DNA of 64,000 nucleotides, taken from contig NC_057718.1 of NCBI RefSeq assembly GCF_004010195.1, forward strand, positions 31,026,902 through 31,090,901. The letters are read 5' to 3'. Of this stretch, positions 39,370 to 50,938 are shown piece after piece (position 1 is the stretch's first letter; the number at the start of each line of letters is the position of its first letter). A program made the position numbers and the translations under genes. Origin of the DNA: Chiloscyllium plagiosum. Its lineage: Eukaryota. The notes below the pieces were generated by a model that did not search any database, was not told where the DNA came from, and saw nothing but the letters and a program-made list of their open reading frames with translations.

Positions 39370-40230
39370 GTAACAGAAGGGGCTATTGATCAATGGCAAA
39401 TAGTAGTTACAGTTACTGATGTCACAGCCAAATCATCCAATCACAGACACAAAGTTGTTGTCCATATTGAATCTCCTTTACTCTTCTTCCTTTTCCTCTT
39501 CCTGCTCCTTAGATCTCTTGCCTCATACTATCATAGCTATATGATGGCAATTTTGTGTAGCGTGGAGCAGACCAGCACAAATCGTAACATTCACTTAACC
39601 AGGTACTGTATACCAATCTAGGCAATGGAAGTGTTGTTTCAGCATTGCAAATGGTCTTCTCGATCATATTTTGTGTGGCATCATGACTTTCATTGTACGT
39701 ATACAGCACACATGTACAAAACTTACCCACTGTGATCAATACCCATTTTGACATTGGATAACCTTTGTTACTAAGCATCCATCCTTTGATTTTGTGTGCT
39801 GCATCAAATGTAGATGGTTCAACTGCTGTAGCTGAAATCATCATGACTGTTGACACTACATCGAGCAAGATTCTTTACAAACAGTCGCACATCAGCTGGA
39901 TATTGAGCGACTGGAATCCTTTTCAATTTCGGTTGATCTCAGAGTTGACACGCCGCACCTGTGTGATGTGTGTGCAGGCAATGGTAACCTGGCAACAGAC
40001 AATGAAGATTAGTTAGCTTTCTTTGAATGAGGAGCTGCAGTGGTCTCTCTAACATACCTGATAATAGCAAAAAATGAAATGTTGCAAATATTCCATTTCC
40101 AATCTGGAAGGGAGTCAATGTATAGAAGATCATGACTATGGTCATTGACAAAGGTCTCCTTGCTTTGATATGTGGTTGTGCTATGGCTGCAGTTGGTGGC
40201 AAATATCAATGAATACATGCATAGTGAAGC
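39370..40230 (-). pseudogene. Harbinger/PIF (HARBI1-like, DDE_Tnp_4) transposase relic
   Basis: IKGWMLSNKGYPMSKWVLIT...YNESHDATQNMIEKTI matches LLGD.GYP....L.TP...YN..H...R..IE.TIG. Upstream FY...FQ..G.IC.IS motif. Frameshifted. Confidence 0.85.
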
Positions 40231-40734
40231 AGAGACAGCTCACATACAAAAATGTACTGTCCCATTTTGAATCTCCAAGAGCACTTGTGGTGCCCAAAAT
40301 GGATTGAAACTTTGCATAATTTAATAGCACAAATCAAATATTATGGCTTGAAAATGTAACACATTGATCAGAATTTTGCAGCCAGTTTCAAGAAAAAGCA
40401 ATTTGCTGTTAGCTAATCACAAAGTTTCTGAGCAGAGATTCATTTCTATTATGTACAGCAGGACCTTTGGGTTATCCATGAGCAGGCTAAGCAACAGTGA
40501 TGGTCATCAACCAATGGAATTTTTTTTTGACATTTGCTTGGTGGAGATCTTGTATGTTGGCCTAAAAATACTATTTAATTATTTTAATTCTTCTATATCT
40601 GAACTATTTGAACCTGTCAATTTAATCATTGTTTAGGATTTCTCCCAAGTATCTATTGGCCTCTTATTTATCAATTGGTTTGTCAACTATCTTTTAAGTG
40701 GTGCAGATTTTGGATTAAGAATTTTTCAATTTCT

Positions 40735-41055
40735 TCCATGGACATAAGTAGCAAGGCAAACATTCATGGCCCATCCATAATGGCTCTTGAACTGAGCAGC
40801 TTGTTAGACCTTGCTGTTAGGTCTGGGGTCATATGTGGACCAGATTGGGTAAGGATAGCAAATTCAGTTTCTTCATGGCATTAGTGAAGCAGATGCGTTT
40901 GTGTTTGATCATTATCATTACTAGCTTTATATTACAGATTTATTGATTAACTTTAAACTCCACTCATCACCGTAATGGAATGTGAACACATCTCTAAAAA
41001 GCGTTACACTGGGTCTCAGGATCACTAATTCAGCGACATTTCCATTACGCCATTA
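40735..41055 (-). mobile_element. tRNA-derived SINE (same family as 13350)
   Basis: Shared tail and core (ggcattagtgaa.cagatg). Confidence 0.6.
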
Positions 41056-41869
41056 CCTGCAATTCACAGTGTCAGCAGATTGAGTCAGAGCGTTATTGTA
41101 GACACAGTGAGCAACATCCAGAAGTATGCAGAATTGGCAGATCATGGCATCAGCCAGTGTGGAATACAGAGTTGATGCCAGGGCTGCTTTCTAGACTATT
41201 AATGCTCATTGTTAATGTGGAATAGAGAATACAGCAACTTCCTAATACAAGCATAATTAAATGGACCAAAAAGGAAGTTGCTGTGCTAGTGTTACCCTGC
41301 TTGTCCATAGTTTGCACTATAGTAGAATCTTGCTGATAGACATATAACTGAAGGAATGCACAGGTCATCCTTCCCATTGATGAGTTGCTAAGGAACACTG
41401 ATTTTGAACTCACATTTATCAACAGCAAACAATGCGGGTTCAGGCTTCAAAACAGCTCAGGCCTTACTGTGGTAACAAGGGACAGGTAGCAGGATAACTT
41501 TGCCAACTGATTTTAAAGGTAAAATAAAAGAGGAGGTCTAATCTTTTGTATACATTTATCATGACCCTGTCACCCTTGAGCTGATTAATATATGCCAAAC
41601 TTCTATTGGTGTTATAGTGGCTTTGCCTCTGCCAGCATGTTTACTTTTGGGTTAATTGTGTTTCATTGAAGCTAATTGGAATTGGTCCTAGCTCTACTGC
41701 AGAGAAAGGAGTTAGCTGTTGAATGAGGCTTTGGTAATTGGTAAAGGTCTTATGTGTTCTTATACTTTAATATATTACAACATTGGTGGCCAATGTTACA
41801 AAATGTTTTAAAAAAACAACAGAATCAGTGAATAATAAAACCAAATAATCAATTAAGACACACTAAGGC

Positions 41870-43420
41870 TGGCAAGACAGGTGATGTGTCACAATTCAGC
41901 CTTGGGAGTTCCTGGAGCCAACTTGTTCCAGAGTAAACACACGTGCAGTAAATGTTTGAAGTTTGAACAGTTCTGCAATGTACCAGGAGAAGGGAAAGTT
42001 CTCTGGATTATTTGTATCAGGAGGTAATCAAACCCTTTTGGCTTGGGACATCTGATTTGGTCAGAGTTCAGTGATAGGAGAATGTGACTGCAAGTGTGCC
42101 AGGTAGGAGGACCCAGACACTAAAAGTGCAGGACCCTTAGCCTTTGCAATTGTTCAACATGTTTGAGGTTCTTTCAGATTGTTTGGATGAGCAGGAGGAC
42201 TGCAGGGTGAATGAGCCAACTGACCATTGTACCATGGTGCACGGAGTCATTTCAGATGGAGAGAAAGAAGGAATATAAAATTAACAGGAGCAATTTAGTA
42301 AGGAAGATTGACCCCATTCTCCTTAGCAATTAATATAAATTCAGATGGCCTGCCTAATTCCAAAATTCAGAACCTCTACTCAGGGCTGAGAGAAACTTGC
42401 ACTGGGGATGGAGGTGGAGAGATCCAGTTATTGTGGTCCATGTAGATGCCAAGGACTAGGCATGATAAAGAAAAAGGTTCTTTGTAGTCAGTCATGAAGA
42501 AGCAAAATCTCTCACCTTATAATCTCTGCATTATTACCTGAGTCACATGTCAAATGCCATTAGGCAAATAAGATTAGAGACATAAATATGGGCTAATGTG
42601 AGAGAAGTGAGTTCAACTTCCTGGGACATTGGATCCAGTACTGGGGAAAGTGGGATAGTCACCACCTCAATCTTGCTGGGCTAGTATTCTTTCCAAACAA
42701 GTAACTGGGGAAGTAGAGTGGATTTTAATCTATACTGTGGGAATAAGGCATCAAAATTGGGAAGATAATGTAAATCAAATCGTGGAATCAAGGCCAAAGA
42801 GAAAGATATTAAATTGGAAATTATAAATTGATTGTGATAGGAGGGAACAGAGAATATGAATCTAAGGGTCAACCAACAGATATCAGAATTTAAAAGAGTA
42901 AAAGATATAATTAAAAACTCTGCATCTAACTGCATGTAACATTTGAAACAAAGAGATGAACTGAGACCATAAATAGAAATTATTAAGTACGATCTAGTTA
43001 CCAACATGGCTTTAGGATGACATAGATTGGGAGCCGAATCTTGAATATGGCACAGTTAGAAATGACAAGAAATGAGGAATAAGTGGATGAGTGACACTTG
43101 TTAGTTAATTAGCTCAATAAAGAAGGATGACCTAAATTCAGGAAATAAAGATGTGGAAACAGTTTGGTATGAATAAGAAATAATAAAAGCAAGAATTCAC
43201 TTTTGGAATATTATCCACAGGTAGTGTGGAGCATAAAATAAGAACTAATGAGAGATGTGCATTGCAATATTCATGGGAGATTTTAATCTACATATAGATT
43301 GGAAATGTCAGATATAGCCAAGATGAAGCATTCATAAACTACTTTCAGGGTAGTTTCTTCGAACAACATTTTCTAGAGCTGACCAGTGAGCAATTCTGAA
43401 TGGCTGAGGAATTGTCATGG
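41870..43420 (+). mobile_element. Old CR1 5' part: ORF1 (zinc finger + esterase-like) and start of ORF2 endonuclease
   Basis: C.KC..., VVHV...D, IS.LLP, HW.QYWGK..HLN.AG, then L..C.I.NK.DEL and MGDFNL.IDW remnants. Confidence 0.65.
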
Positions 43421-43686
43421 CCAACTCAATGAGGATCCACAAACACTCTAAGCTCCTTGATAATTCCCTTTTGTTTGCAGAAATTGGGTCCCTCCCATGA
43501 ATGCATGTTATTTCTAGCAACGTTTAGGTATCGAGGGATACGAAATAAGGGCAGGTAATTGGGGATGAGGTACAGGCCAGCTATTATCTAACTGAATTGC
43601 TGAACAGGCTTAAGGAAGGTGAATAATTGACTTATGTTCCTAATTCTAATTAGTTCACAAACTAATTGAGCCGTGCAATTTGTTTG

Positions 43687-44350
43687 AGGAGAAAGTGAGG
43701 ATTGCAGATGCTGGAGATCAGAGCTGAAAATGTGTTGCTGGATGCAATAAATGATGTGTGTGGAGGTGCATCCGCTGCACCCGATGTGGCCTCCTCTATA
43801 TTGGGGAGACAGGCCGCCTACTTGCGGAACGTTTCAGAGAACACCTCTGGGACACCCAGACCAACCAACCCAACTACCCCGTGGCTCAACACTTTAACTC
43901 CCCTTCCCACTCCACCAAGGACATGCAGGTCCTTGGACTCCTCCATCGCCAGACCATAGCAACATGACGGTTGGAGGAAGAGCGCCTCATCTTCCTCCTA
44001 GGAACCCTGCAACCACAAGGGATGAACTCAGATTTCTCCAGTTTCCTCATTTCCCCTCCCCCCACCTTGTCTCAGTCAAATCCCTCGAACTCAGCACCGT
44101 CTTCCTAACCTGCAATCTTCTTCCTGACCTCTCCGCCCCCACCCCACTCCGGCCTATCACCCTCACCTTGACCTCCGTCCACCTATCGCATTTACAACGC
44201 CCCTCCTCCAAGTCCCTCCTCCCTACCTTTTATCTTAGCCTGCTGGACACACTTTCCCCATTCCTGAAGAAGGGCTTATGTCCGAAACGTCGATTCTCCT
44301 GTTCCTTGGATGCTGCCTGACCTGCTGCGCTTTTCCAGCAACACATTTTC
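43687..44350 (+). mobile_element. Penelope-like element, 5'-truncated, with GIY-YIG endonuclease and inverted 5' terminal piece
   Basis: CIRCTRCGLLYIGETGRLLAERFREH..VAQHFN..EERLI..LGTLQPQGMN. 43687-43742 is the inverted 3' terminus. 18 bp direct repeat AGCCRTGCAATTTGTTTG (43669-43686 and 44351-44368). Confidence 0.95.
44260..44295 (+). ncRNA. Minimal type I hammerhead ribozyme, intact core
   Basis: AUUC-CUGAAGA-A-GGGC UUAU GUCC-GAAA-CGUC-GAUU; predicted cut after 44291. Confidence 0.75.
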
Positions 44351-44541
44351 AGCCATGCAATTTGTTTGCCTACTAACTAAAAACAAGCCTCAAAAATCCT
44401 TTTCTTATTGTAAATCTAAAAAATGTTCCTATTTCTTCTAACCACCTTGATTGCATTTGTGCAGTGGAAGTCAGCACCCTTATATCATGAATCCACTCTT
44501 CCTCTGAGATATAATCAGAGTTTTAAAAAATAAGTTACCAA

Positions 44542-44842
44542 GGGTGTCACGGAGGCTCCATTTTTAGCACTTGTGTCTCACAGCACCAGGTTCTCAGGTT
44601 TGATTCTACCCTCGGGTGACTGTGTGGAGATTGTACATTCTCCCCATGTCAGCATGGATTTCCTCCATTCCGCCCTTCCTCTAGTTTCCACACACAAGCT
44701 AAAGATGTGCAGGTTAGGTGGATTGACTATGGGATGTGCATGGGTAAGGTAGGGTGTGGGTCTGGGTGGGATGCTCTTTGGAGGGTCAGCGTGAACTCAA
44801 TGAGCCAAGTGGCCTGCTTCCACACTATAGGGATTCTATGAA
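44542..44842 (+). mobile_element. HE1-type V-SINE
   Basis: Homologous to 14913-15213. Confidence 0.85.
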
Positions 44843-44904
44843 ATGTTGGCATCGCTGCTAATTTGACCATTAATTCTCTAATCCTAGATGTCCTAAAAGG
44901 ATCC

Positions 44905-45040
44905 AATGACCTTCTTCAGAAGTGGACCTGAAATATTAATTCTGATTTCTTTCCACAGCTGCTGCCAGACTTGCTGAGTTTTTCCAGCAAATTCTGTTTC
45001 TGTTTCTGATTTCCAACATCCGCAGTTCTTTCAGTTTTTT
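44905..45040 (+). mobile_element. Penelope-terminal-like short repeat
   Basis: gctgccagacttgctgagtttttccagc...tttccaacatccgcagttcttt; same family as 7960 and 53215. Confidence 0.6.
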
Positions 45041-46584
45041 GTTTAGCTATTAAGTAGTCCCTGAATTATTATTTCCTGAATTCAGACACAGAGATAATGA
45101 GGTAAGAATGATGTCATATCTAAGGGAAAATGTCTCATCACAGCTCTTTTGTGATGTGTCCAGGTAACCTGGACTCAGAGGACATCTGTGTTGCCATTGC
45201 ATGGTCACATTCTTTGATACTATTAATACTGATCCCCTGGTCAGCTTGGTCACTAATCAGCAGGAGAGCAAACTAAGTTGCAGTTTACATGCTGATTTCC
45301 TCCAATGGTTCTAAACTGCTAAAGAAAGCTCTTGTCAATCTGCCATCAGAAACATAAATTACTTGTTGTCAAATGAGCACTTATGTTTGATCTTACAATA
45401 TTTTACTTTATATTGGTGTTTGGTACAGAAAGGAAGATTAATATATTTTTTGAGGAAGTGCCAAAAGTCAGTAGAAGAAAAGCTTCAAAATTCTTTCCTT
45501 GCTTCTTGGCTCAAATCATCAGTGAGAGGACAATTGCAATTTGGATCATCTGCAGAATGAATTACTTGCTGGTTTATTTATGTATTAGGATTATAATTTA
45601 TTTGTACTGCTTAAAAATAATGGAGTATGAGAGCAGGAATGGTTTCAACATTATATATTTGGTATTTGCCTTCTCATTTTCATCTTCTGAGTCCTCCACT
45701 CTTGACTTATACAGTGGTTTGCCGGCAGCCTCATGATAAGTAAATAGAAGCCAGAAAATGAGAGAAGCCAATGTCTACTTCACTTCTCTGATTCAAATTG
45801 TGAGATGCTTTCTCCTTGAAGAAGGAATAGTATGACCTCATCTGGTTGCCACTGTTGTGTGGTCCCATATAGTTGGCAAGAAGCATTGAGGTGGAAAAGA
45901 GCAATCATGCTCATGGAACAAGCAGTTGTGTGAGGATTTAGTGCATCCTTTCATGTGAGATATTGATGGAAAACACAGCTGGAGGTGAAAGAAGAGAACG
46001 TGATAAGTTGTACATAACCTCTTGTACCATGACAGTAGTAAATTGTGGAATAATTAAAAACATTTAATTGTAAATGTTTATTGTCATTACAAGGTACTAC
46101 GGTCTCTTTTTACTTTGGCTACCTTAGGTAGGTTGTTACCTTAATTTTAATTGCAGTGCAGGGGTAGTGGAAATGGCATGAATTGCCCCATTACTAATAA
46201 TTTCCACTGTGCTTGGATACTCCCCATTGATAAATGCTTGTATTCAATGTCAAATATTTGTTCCAAATTCTGTTTTATTTGGACAAGTAATTCCTCTGCC
46301 AATTATTTGAAGGATCAAGGTGCTACAGCTGTACTTATAAACATTGTTTAGATAAACTTTCAAGTTGGATTCAACTATTGAAATATTGTAATTTGTGTTT
46401 TCTAAATATTCAGTGGTTTAAAAGCAAACAGCTTTGGATTTGCAGCCAGCAAGTGGTATTATTGCTGGGAGATAACAGACAAATTAAAATGATCCTCAAC
46501 CCAGTGATATAGCCAGAACAAGAGGGGATCATATCAGAATGCAACAAACTGTCTCACTGCATGACCACTAAATACCCAGATAAT

Positions 46585-46824
46585 AACATAAAACATAGGA
46601 ACAAGAGTACACCATAAAACTCCTTAAGGCTGCTTCAAGATTCAATATCAGAACTGATCTATGCCCTCACCTCCACTTTTTCATTTGATCTCATTTCCCT
46701 TTATTCCACTGGGGGCCAAAATTCTAAGCCTTGAACATGTTCAATAACTGTGGTTGCAAAGATTTTTGTGACAGAGAATTCCAAACATTTACAAGCCTCC
46801 GACTAATGAAATTCCTTAACATCT
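46585..46824 (-). mobile_element. Old CR1 3' end
   Basis: acataaaacataggaacaagagta tail; agagaattccaaa motif. Appears to resume after 47985. Confidence 0.65.
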
Positions 46825-47164
46825 AGAATTAGAATCCATACAGTGTGGAAACAGACCCTTTGGCCTAACAAGTCCACACCTACCCTCCAAAGAGTAACCA
46901 ACCAAGACCCATTCCCCTATTACTCTACAAATACCCCTGACTAATGCACCTAACCTACACATCCCGAGACACTATGGGCAATCTCAGCATGGCTAATTCA
47001 CCAAACATGCACATCTATGGATTGTGGGAGGAAACTGGAGCTCCTAGAGGAAACCTACACAGGCACAGGGAGAATGTGCAAACTCCACACAGTCACCCAA
47101 GGCTACAATCAAACCCAGGTCCCTGGTGCTGTGAGGCAGCAGTACTAACCACTGAGCCACCGTG
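46825..47164 (-). mobile_element. HE1-type V-SINE
   Basis: Reverse complement of an HE1 head ending actgagccaccgtg. Confidence 0.9.
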
Positions 47165-47985
47165 GAGATGGAGTTTAATTTACATAAATGTGAGGTGCTG
47201 TATTTTGGGAAAGTAAATCTTAGCAGGACTTATACACTTAATGATAATGTCCTAGGGAGTGTTGCTGAACAAACAGACCTTGGAGTGCAGGTTCATAGCT
47301 CCTTGAAAGTGGAGTTCCAGGTAGATAGGATAATGAAGAAGGTGTTGGGTATGTTTTCCTTTATTGGTCAGAATATTGAGTACTGGAGTTGGGAGGTCAT
47401 GTTGCAGCTGTACAGGACATTGGTTAGGCCACTGTTGGAATATTGCGTGCAATTCTGGTCTCCTTCCTATCGGAAAGATGTTGTGAAACTTGAAAGGGTT
47501 CAGAAAAGACTTACAAGGATGTTGCCTGGGTTGGAGGATTTGAGCTATAGGGAGAGGCTGAACAGGCTGGGGCTGTTTTCCCTGGAGCGTCGGACGCTGA
47601 GGGGTGACCTTATAGAGGTTTTCAAATTATGAGGGGCATGGATAGGGTAAATAGGCAAAGTCTTTTCCCTGGGGTGCGGGAGTTCGGAACTAGGGCATAG
47701 GTTTAGGGTGAGAGAGGAAAGATACAAAAGAGACCTAAGGGGCAACTTTTCCATTCAGAGGGTGGTACGAGTATGGAATGAGCTGCCAGAGGAAGTGGGG
47801 AGGCTGGTACAATTGCATCATTTAAAAGTCATCTGGATGGGTATATGAATAGGAAGGGTTTGGAGGAACATGGGCCGGGTGCTGGCAGGTGGGACTAGAT
47901 TGGGTTGGGATATCTGGTTGGCATGGATGAGTAGGACCAAAGCTCTGTTTCCATACTGTGCATCTCTATGACTCTATGGCTCTGT
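47165..47985 (+). mobile_element. CR1/HER1 LINE 3' part
   Basis: ORF MEFNLHKCEVLYFG...EYCVQFWSP..LRGDLIEV; ctctatgactctatg tail. Confidence 0.95.
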
Positions 47986-48411
47986 AACTCCTTACTCTGA
48001 TGTTATGTGCCCAGTTCTGAACTTTGGAGTCAAGGGAAACACTCTTTCAGTATCTGTCCTATCAAACCAATGTGTTATATATTTCAAAAGAAAGTAAATC
48101 CTTCCTCAAGAACAGAGATCAAAAGTGTGTACAATCTTTCGGGTCTGGTCTCACCAACGTTATGTTATTCTTGTGCCACAAAGGTTAGCATGCCATTTGC
48201 TGAATTAATAATTTGCTGTATTTTCCTGCCAAATTTCTTTCCTTCTTCCATGAGCAGCAACATCTATCTTTACTCACTTTTCTTTAAAATCTGTCTTTTA
48301 CTTTTTCTACCAAAGTGAATGACCTCATGTTTAACTATTGTATTCAAAGTTTGTGAGAAGATTTGTAGCTCAGGTGCTCGTTGTTGTGGTTCTGTTCTGG
48401 GAATTTGCGTT

Positions 48412-48451
48412 GCAGACGTTTCGTCCCCTGTCTAGGTGACATCCTCAGTGC
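48412..48451 (-). ncRNA. Minimal type I hammerhead ribozyme, intact core
   Basis: GCA-CUGAGGA-U-GUC A CCU AGAC AGG G GAC-GAAA-CGUC-UGC; predicted cut between 48415 and 48414. The mirror copy at 49545-49584 has C3 changed to U. Confidence 0.75.
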
Positions 48452-49002
48452 TTGGGAGCCTCTTGTGAAGTGCTTCTGTGGTGTTTCCTCCAGCATTTAT
48501 CGTGGTTTGTCTCTGCCGCTTCCGGTTGTCAGTTCCAGCTGTCCACTGAAGTGGCCGGTTTATTGGCTCCAGGTCGATATGTTTGTTGATAGAATCTGTG
48601 GATGAGTGCCATGCCTCCAGGAATTCCCTGGCTGTCCTATAATAGTAGTGTTGTCCCAGTCGAACTCATGTTGCTCGTCATCTGCGTGTGTGGCTACTAA
48701 GGATAGCTGGTCGTGTCATTTCGTGGCTAGTTGGCGTTCATGGATACGGATCGTTAGCTGTCTTCCTGTTTGTCCTATGTAGTGTTTTGTGCAGTCCTTG
48801 CATGGGATTTTGTACACTACATCGGTTTTGCTCATGCTGGGTATTGGGTCCTTTGTCCTGGTGAGTTGTTGTCTGAGAGTGGCTGTTGGTTTGTGTGCTG
48901 TTATGAGTCCTAGTAGTCGTAGTAGTCTGGCTGTCAGTTCAGAAATGTTCTTGATGTATGGTAACGTGGCTAGTCCTTTGGGTTGTGGCATGTCCTCATT
49001 CC

Positions 49003-49159
49003 NNNNNNNNNNNNNNNNNNNNNNNNNNNNNNNNNNNNNNNNNNNNNNNNNNNNNNNNNNNNNNNNNNNNNNNNNNNNNNNNNNNNNNNNNNNNNNNNNN
49101 NNNNNNNNNNNNNNNNNNNNNNNNNNNNNNNNNNNNNNNNNNNNNNNNNNNNNNNNNNN
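49003..49159. other. Assembly gap
   Basis: Run of N. Confidence 1.
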
Positions 49160-49859
49160 GTAGTGTACAAAATCCCATGCAAGGACTGCACAAAACACTA
49201 CATAGGACAAACAGGAAGACAGCTAATGATCCATATCCATAAACACCTACTAGCCACGAAATGACACAACCAGCTATCCTTAGTAGCCACACACACAGAT
49301 GACAAGCAACATGAGTTCGACTGGGACAACACTACTATTATAGGACAAGCCAAATAGAGAACAGCCAGGGAATTCCTGGAGGCATGGCACTCATCCACAG
49401 ATACTATCAACAAACACATCAACCTGGAGCGAATATACCGGCCACTGCAGTGGACAGCTGGAACTGACAACCAAAAGCGGCAGAGACAAACCACTATAAA
49501 TGCCAGAGGAAACATCACAGAAGCACTTCACAGGAGGCTCCCAAGCATTGAGGATGTCACCTAGACAGGGGACGAAACGTCTGCAACACAAATTCCCAGT
49601 TCAGCAAACAGAACCACTACAATTAACTATTGTATGCTCGAAAAGCCACCTTTTTGTCACTCACTTAAACTGTGTCTATCAGTTTACAGATAATCGGTGT
49701 TCTCCTCGCGACTTAGCGTCCCACATGGCTTTGCATCAGCAAACTGGATACCATTAGTTAATGTTTCTTTATCTAAGTCACAGTAAAACCCTGAGATTTG
49801 TTGCAGAAATTCACTCGTTATACCATAGCAAGCACACTAATTTGAAAATGTTCCATTTG

Positions 49860-50705
49860 ACTGTGTAGAAATATGGAGTAGGTTATTCAGCACATTGAAC
49901 CCACCATTCAATAAAATCATGGCTGATCTAATATCTTTCAATGCCTTTTATGCACCTCATCCTCATAACCTATATGCCACTGGTAATCAAAAATCTATCA
50001 ATCACTATCTTTAACATACTCAAAGACTGAACTTTCACAGCCTTCTGTGGTAGAGTTCACAATCATCTTAAGTAAAAGAAATCTCCTCATTTTGGACCTA
50101 AGTGGCATCCCACTTATTTTTGAACTGTGCCCCTGGTTCTAGACTGATTCCTAACTAAGGGAAACATCTTACCAGCATCAACCCTATTTATCCCTTGAAG
50201 TGCTGTGTAAGTTTCAATGTGATTACCTCTCATTCTTCAAATCACTAGAAAACATAGACTTGGTTTGCCCTTTCTTTCTAAATAGAACATTTCTGCCATT
50301 TTAGGAACATGTCTGGGGAACCTTCATTGCACTTCCTCTGTGACAATAATTTATTTCCTGAGATGAGGAGACAAAGACAGCACACAGTATTCTAGGTGCA
50401 GTCTAACCAAGTGCTTATGAAATTGAAGCAAGACTTCATTATGTCTGTACTCATTCCATTAGCCTTCCAGATAGCTCACTGAATCAGCTTAGCCTTTAGT
50501 GATGTATTGACCAGGACAACTATGTCCTCTTGTATAACTACACACTCCAACCACTTAGCATTTAAAAAATACTCTTGCACATCTAATTCTCCTAACAAAG
50601 TAGATAACCTCAGAATTTTCACATTATATTCAATCTGCCTTGTTCTTGCCCAATCATCAAGCCTGTTCAAACCTTGCTGAACTCATCTTCCTCATGACAC
50701 ATTTC
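49860..50705 (-). mobile_element. Old CR1 3' part
   Basis: DWARTRQIEYNV..., DIVVLVNTSLK and 3' UTR motifs. Confidence 0.8.
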
Positions 50706-50721
50706 CCCACTTAGCTTTCTG

Positions 50722-50938
50722 CTACAAAAGCGCAGCAGGTCAGGCAGCATCTGAGGAGCGGGAGAATTGACATTTAAGGCGTAAGCCCTTCATCAGGAAT
50801 GACGCCCATTCATTCCTGATGAAGAGCTTATGTCAGAAACGTCAATTCTCCTGTTCCTCGGATGCTGCCTGACCTGCTGTGCTTTTCCAACAACACACTC
50901 CCGACTCTGATCTTCAGCATCTGCAATCCTCACTTTCT
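50722..50938. mobile_element. Fold-back Penelope-like pLTR mini-insertion
   Basis: Inverted arms meet near 50800-50810, each with a decayed hammerhead. 16 bp direct repeat CCCACTTAGCTTTCTG (50706-50721 and 50939-50954). Confidence 0.9.

Larger units (their letters stand above)
48344..49622. mobile_element. Penelope-like element (third family), two inverted copies across an assembly gap
   Basis: Minus copy 48344-49002 and plus copy 49160-49622 both encode VVYKIPCKDCTKHYIGQTGRQL..RI.EH (GIY-YIG); LPYIKNISE..AR.L thumb/linker motif. 13 bp direct repeat TTAACTATTGTAT (48331-48343 and 49623-49635). Confidence 0.9.

Noticed and set aside
48716..49292. ORFs spanning the N-run
   Set aside because: Artefacts of translating through the gap.
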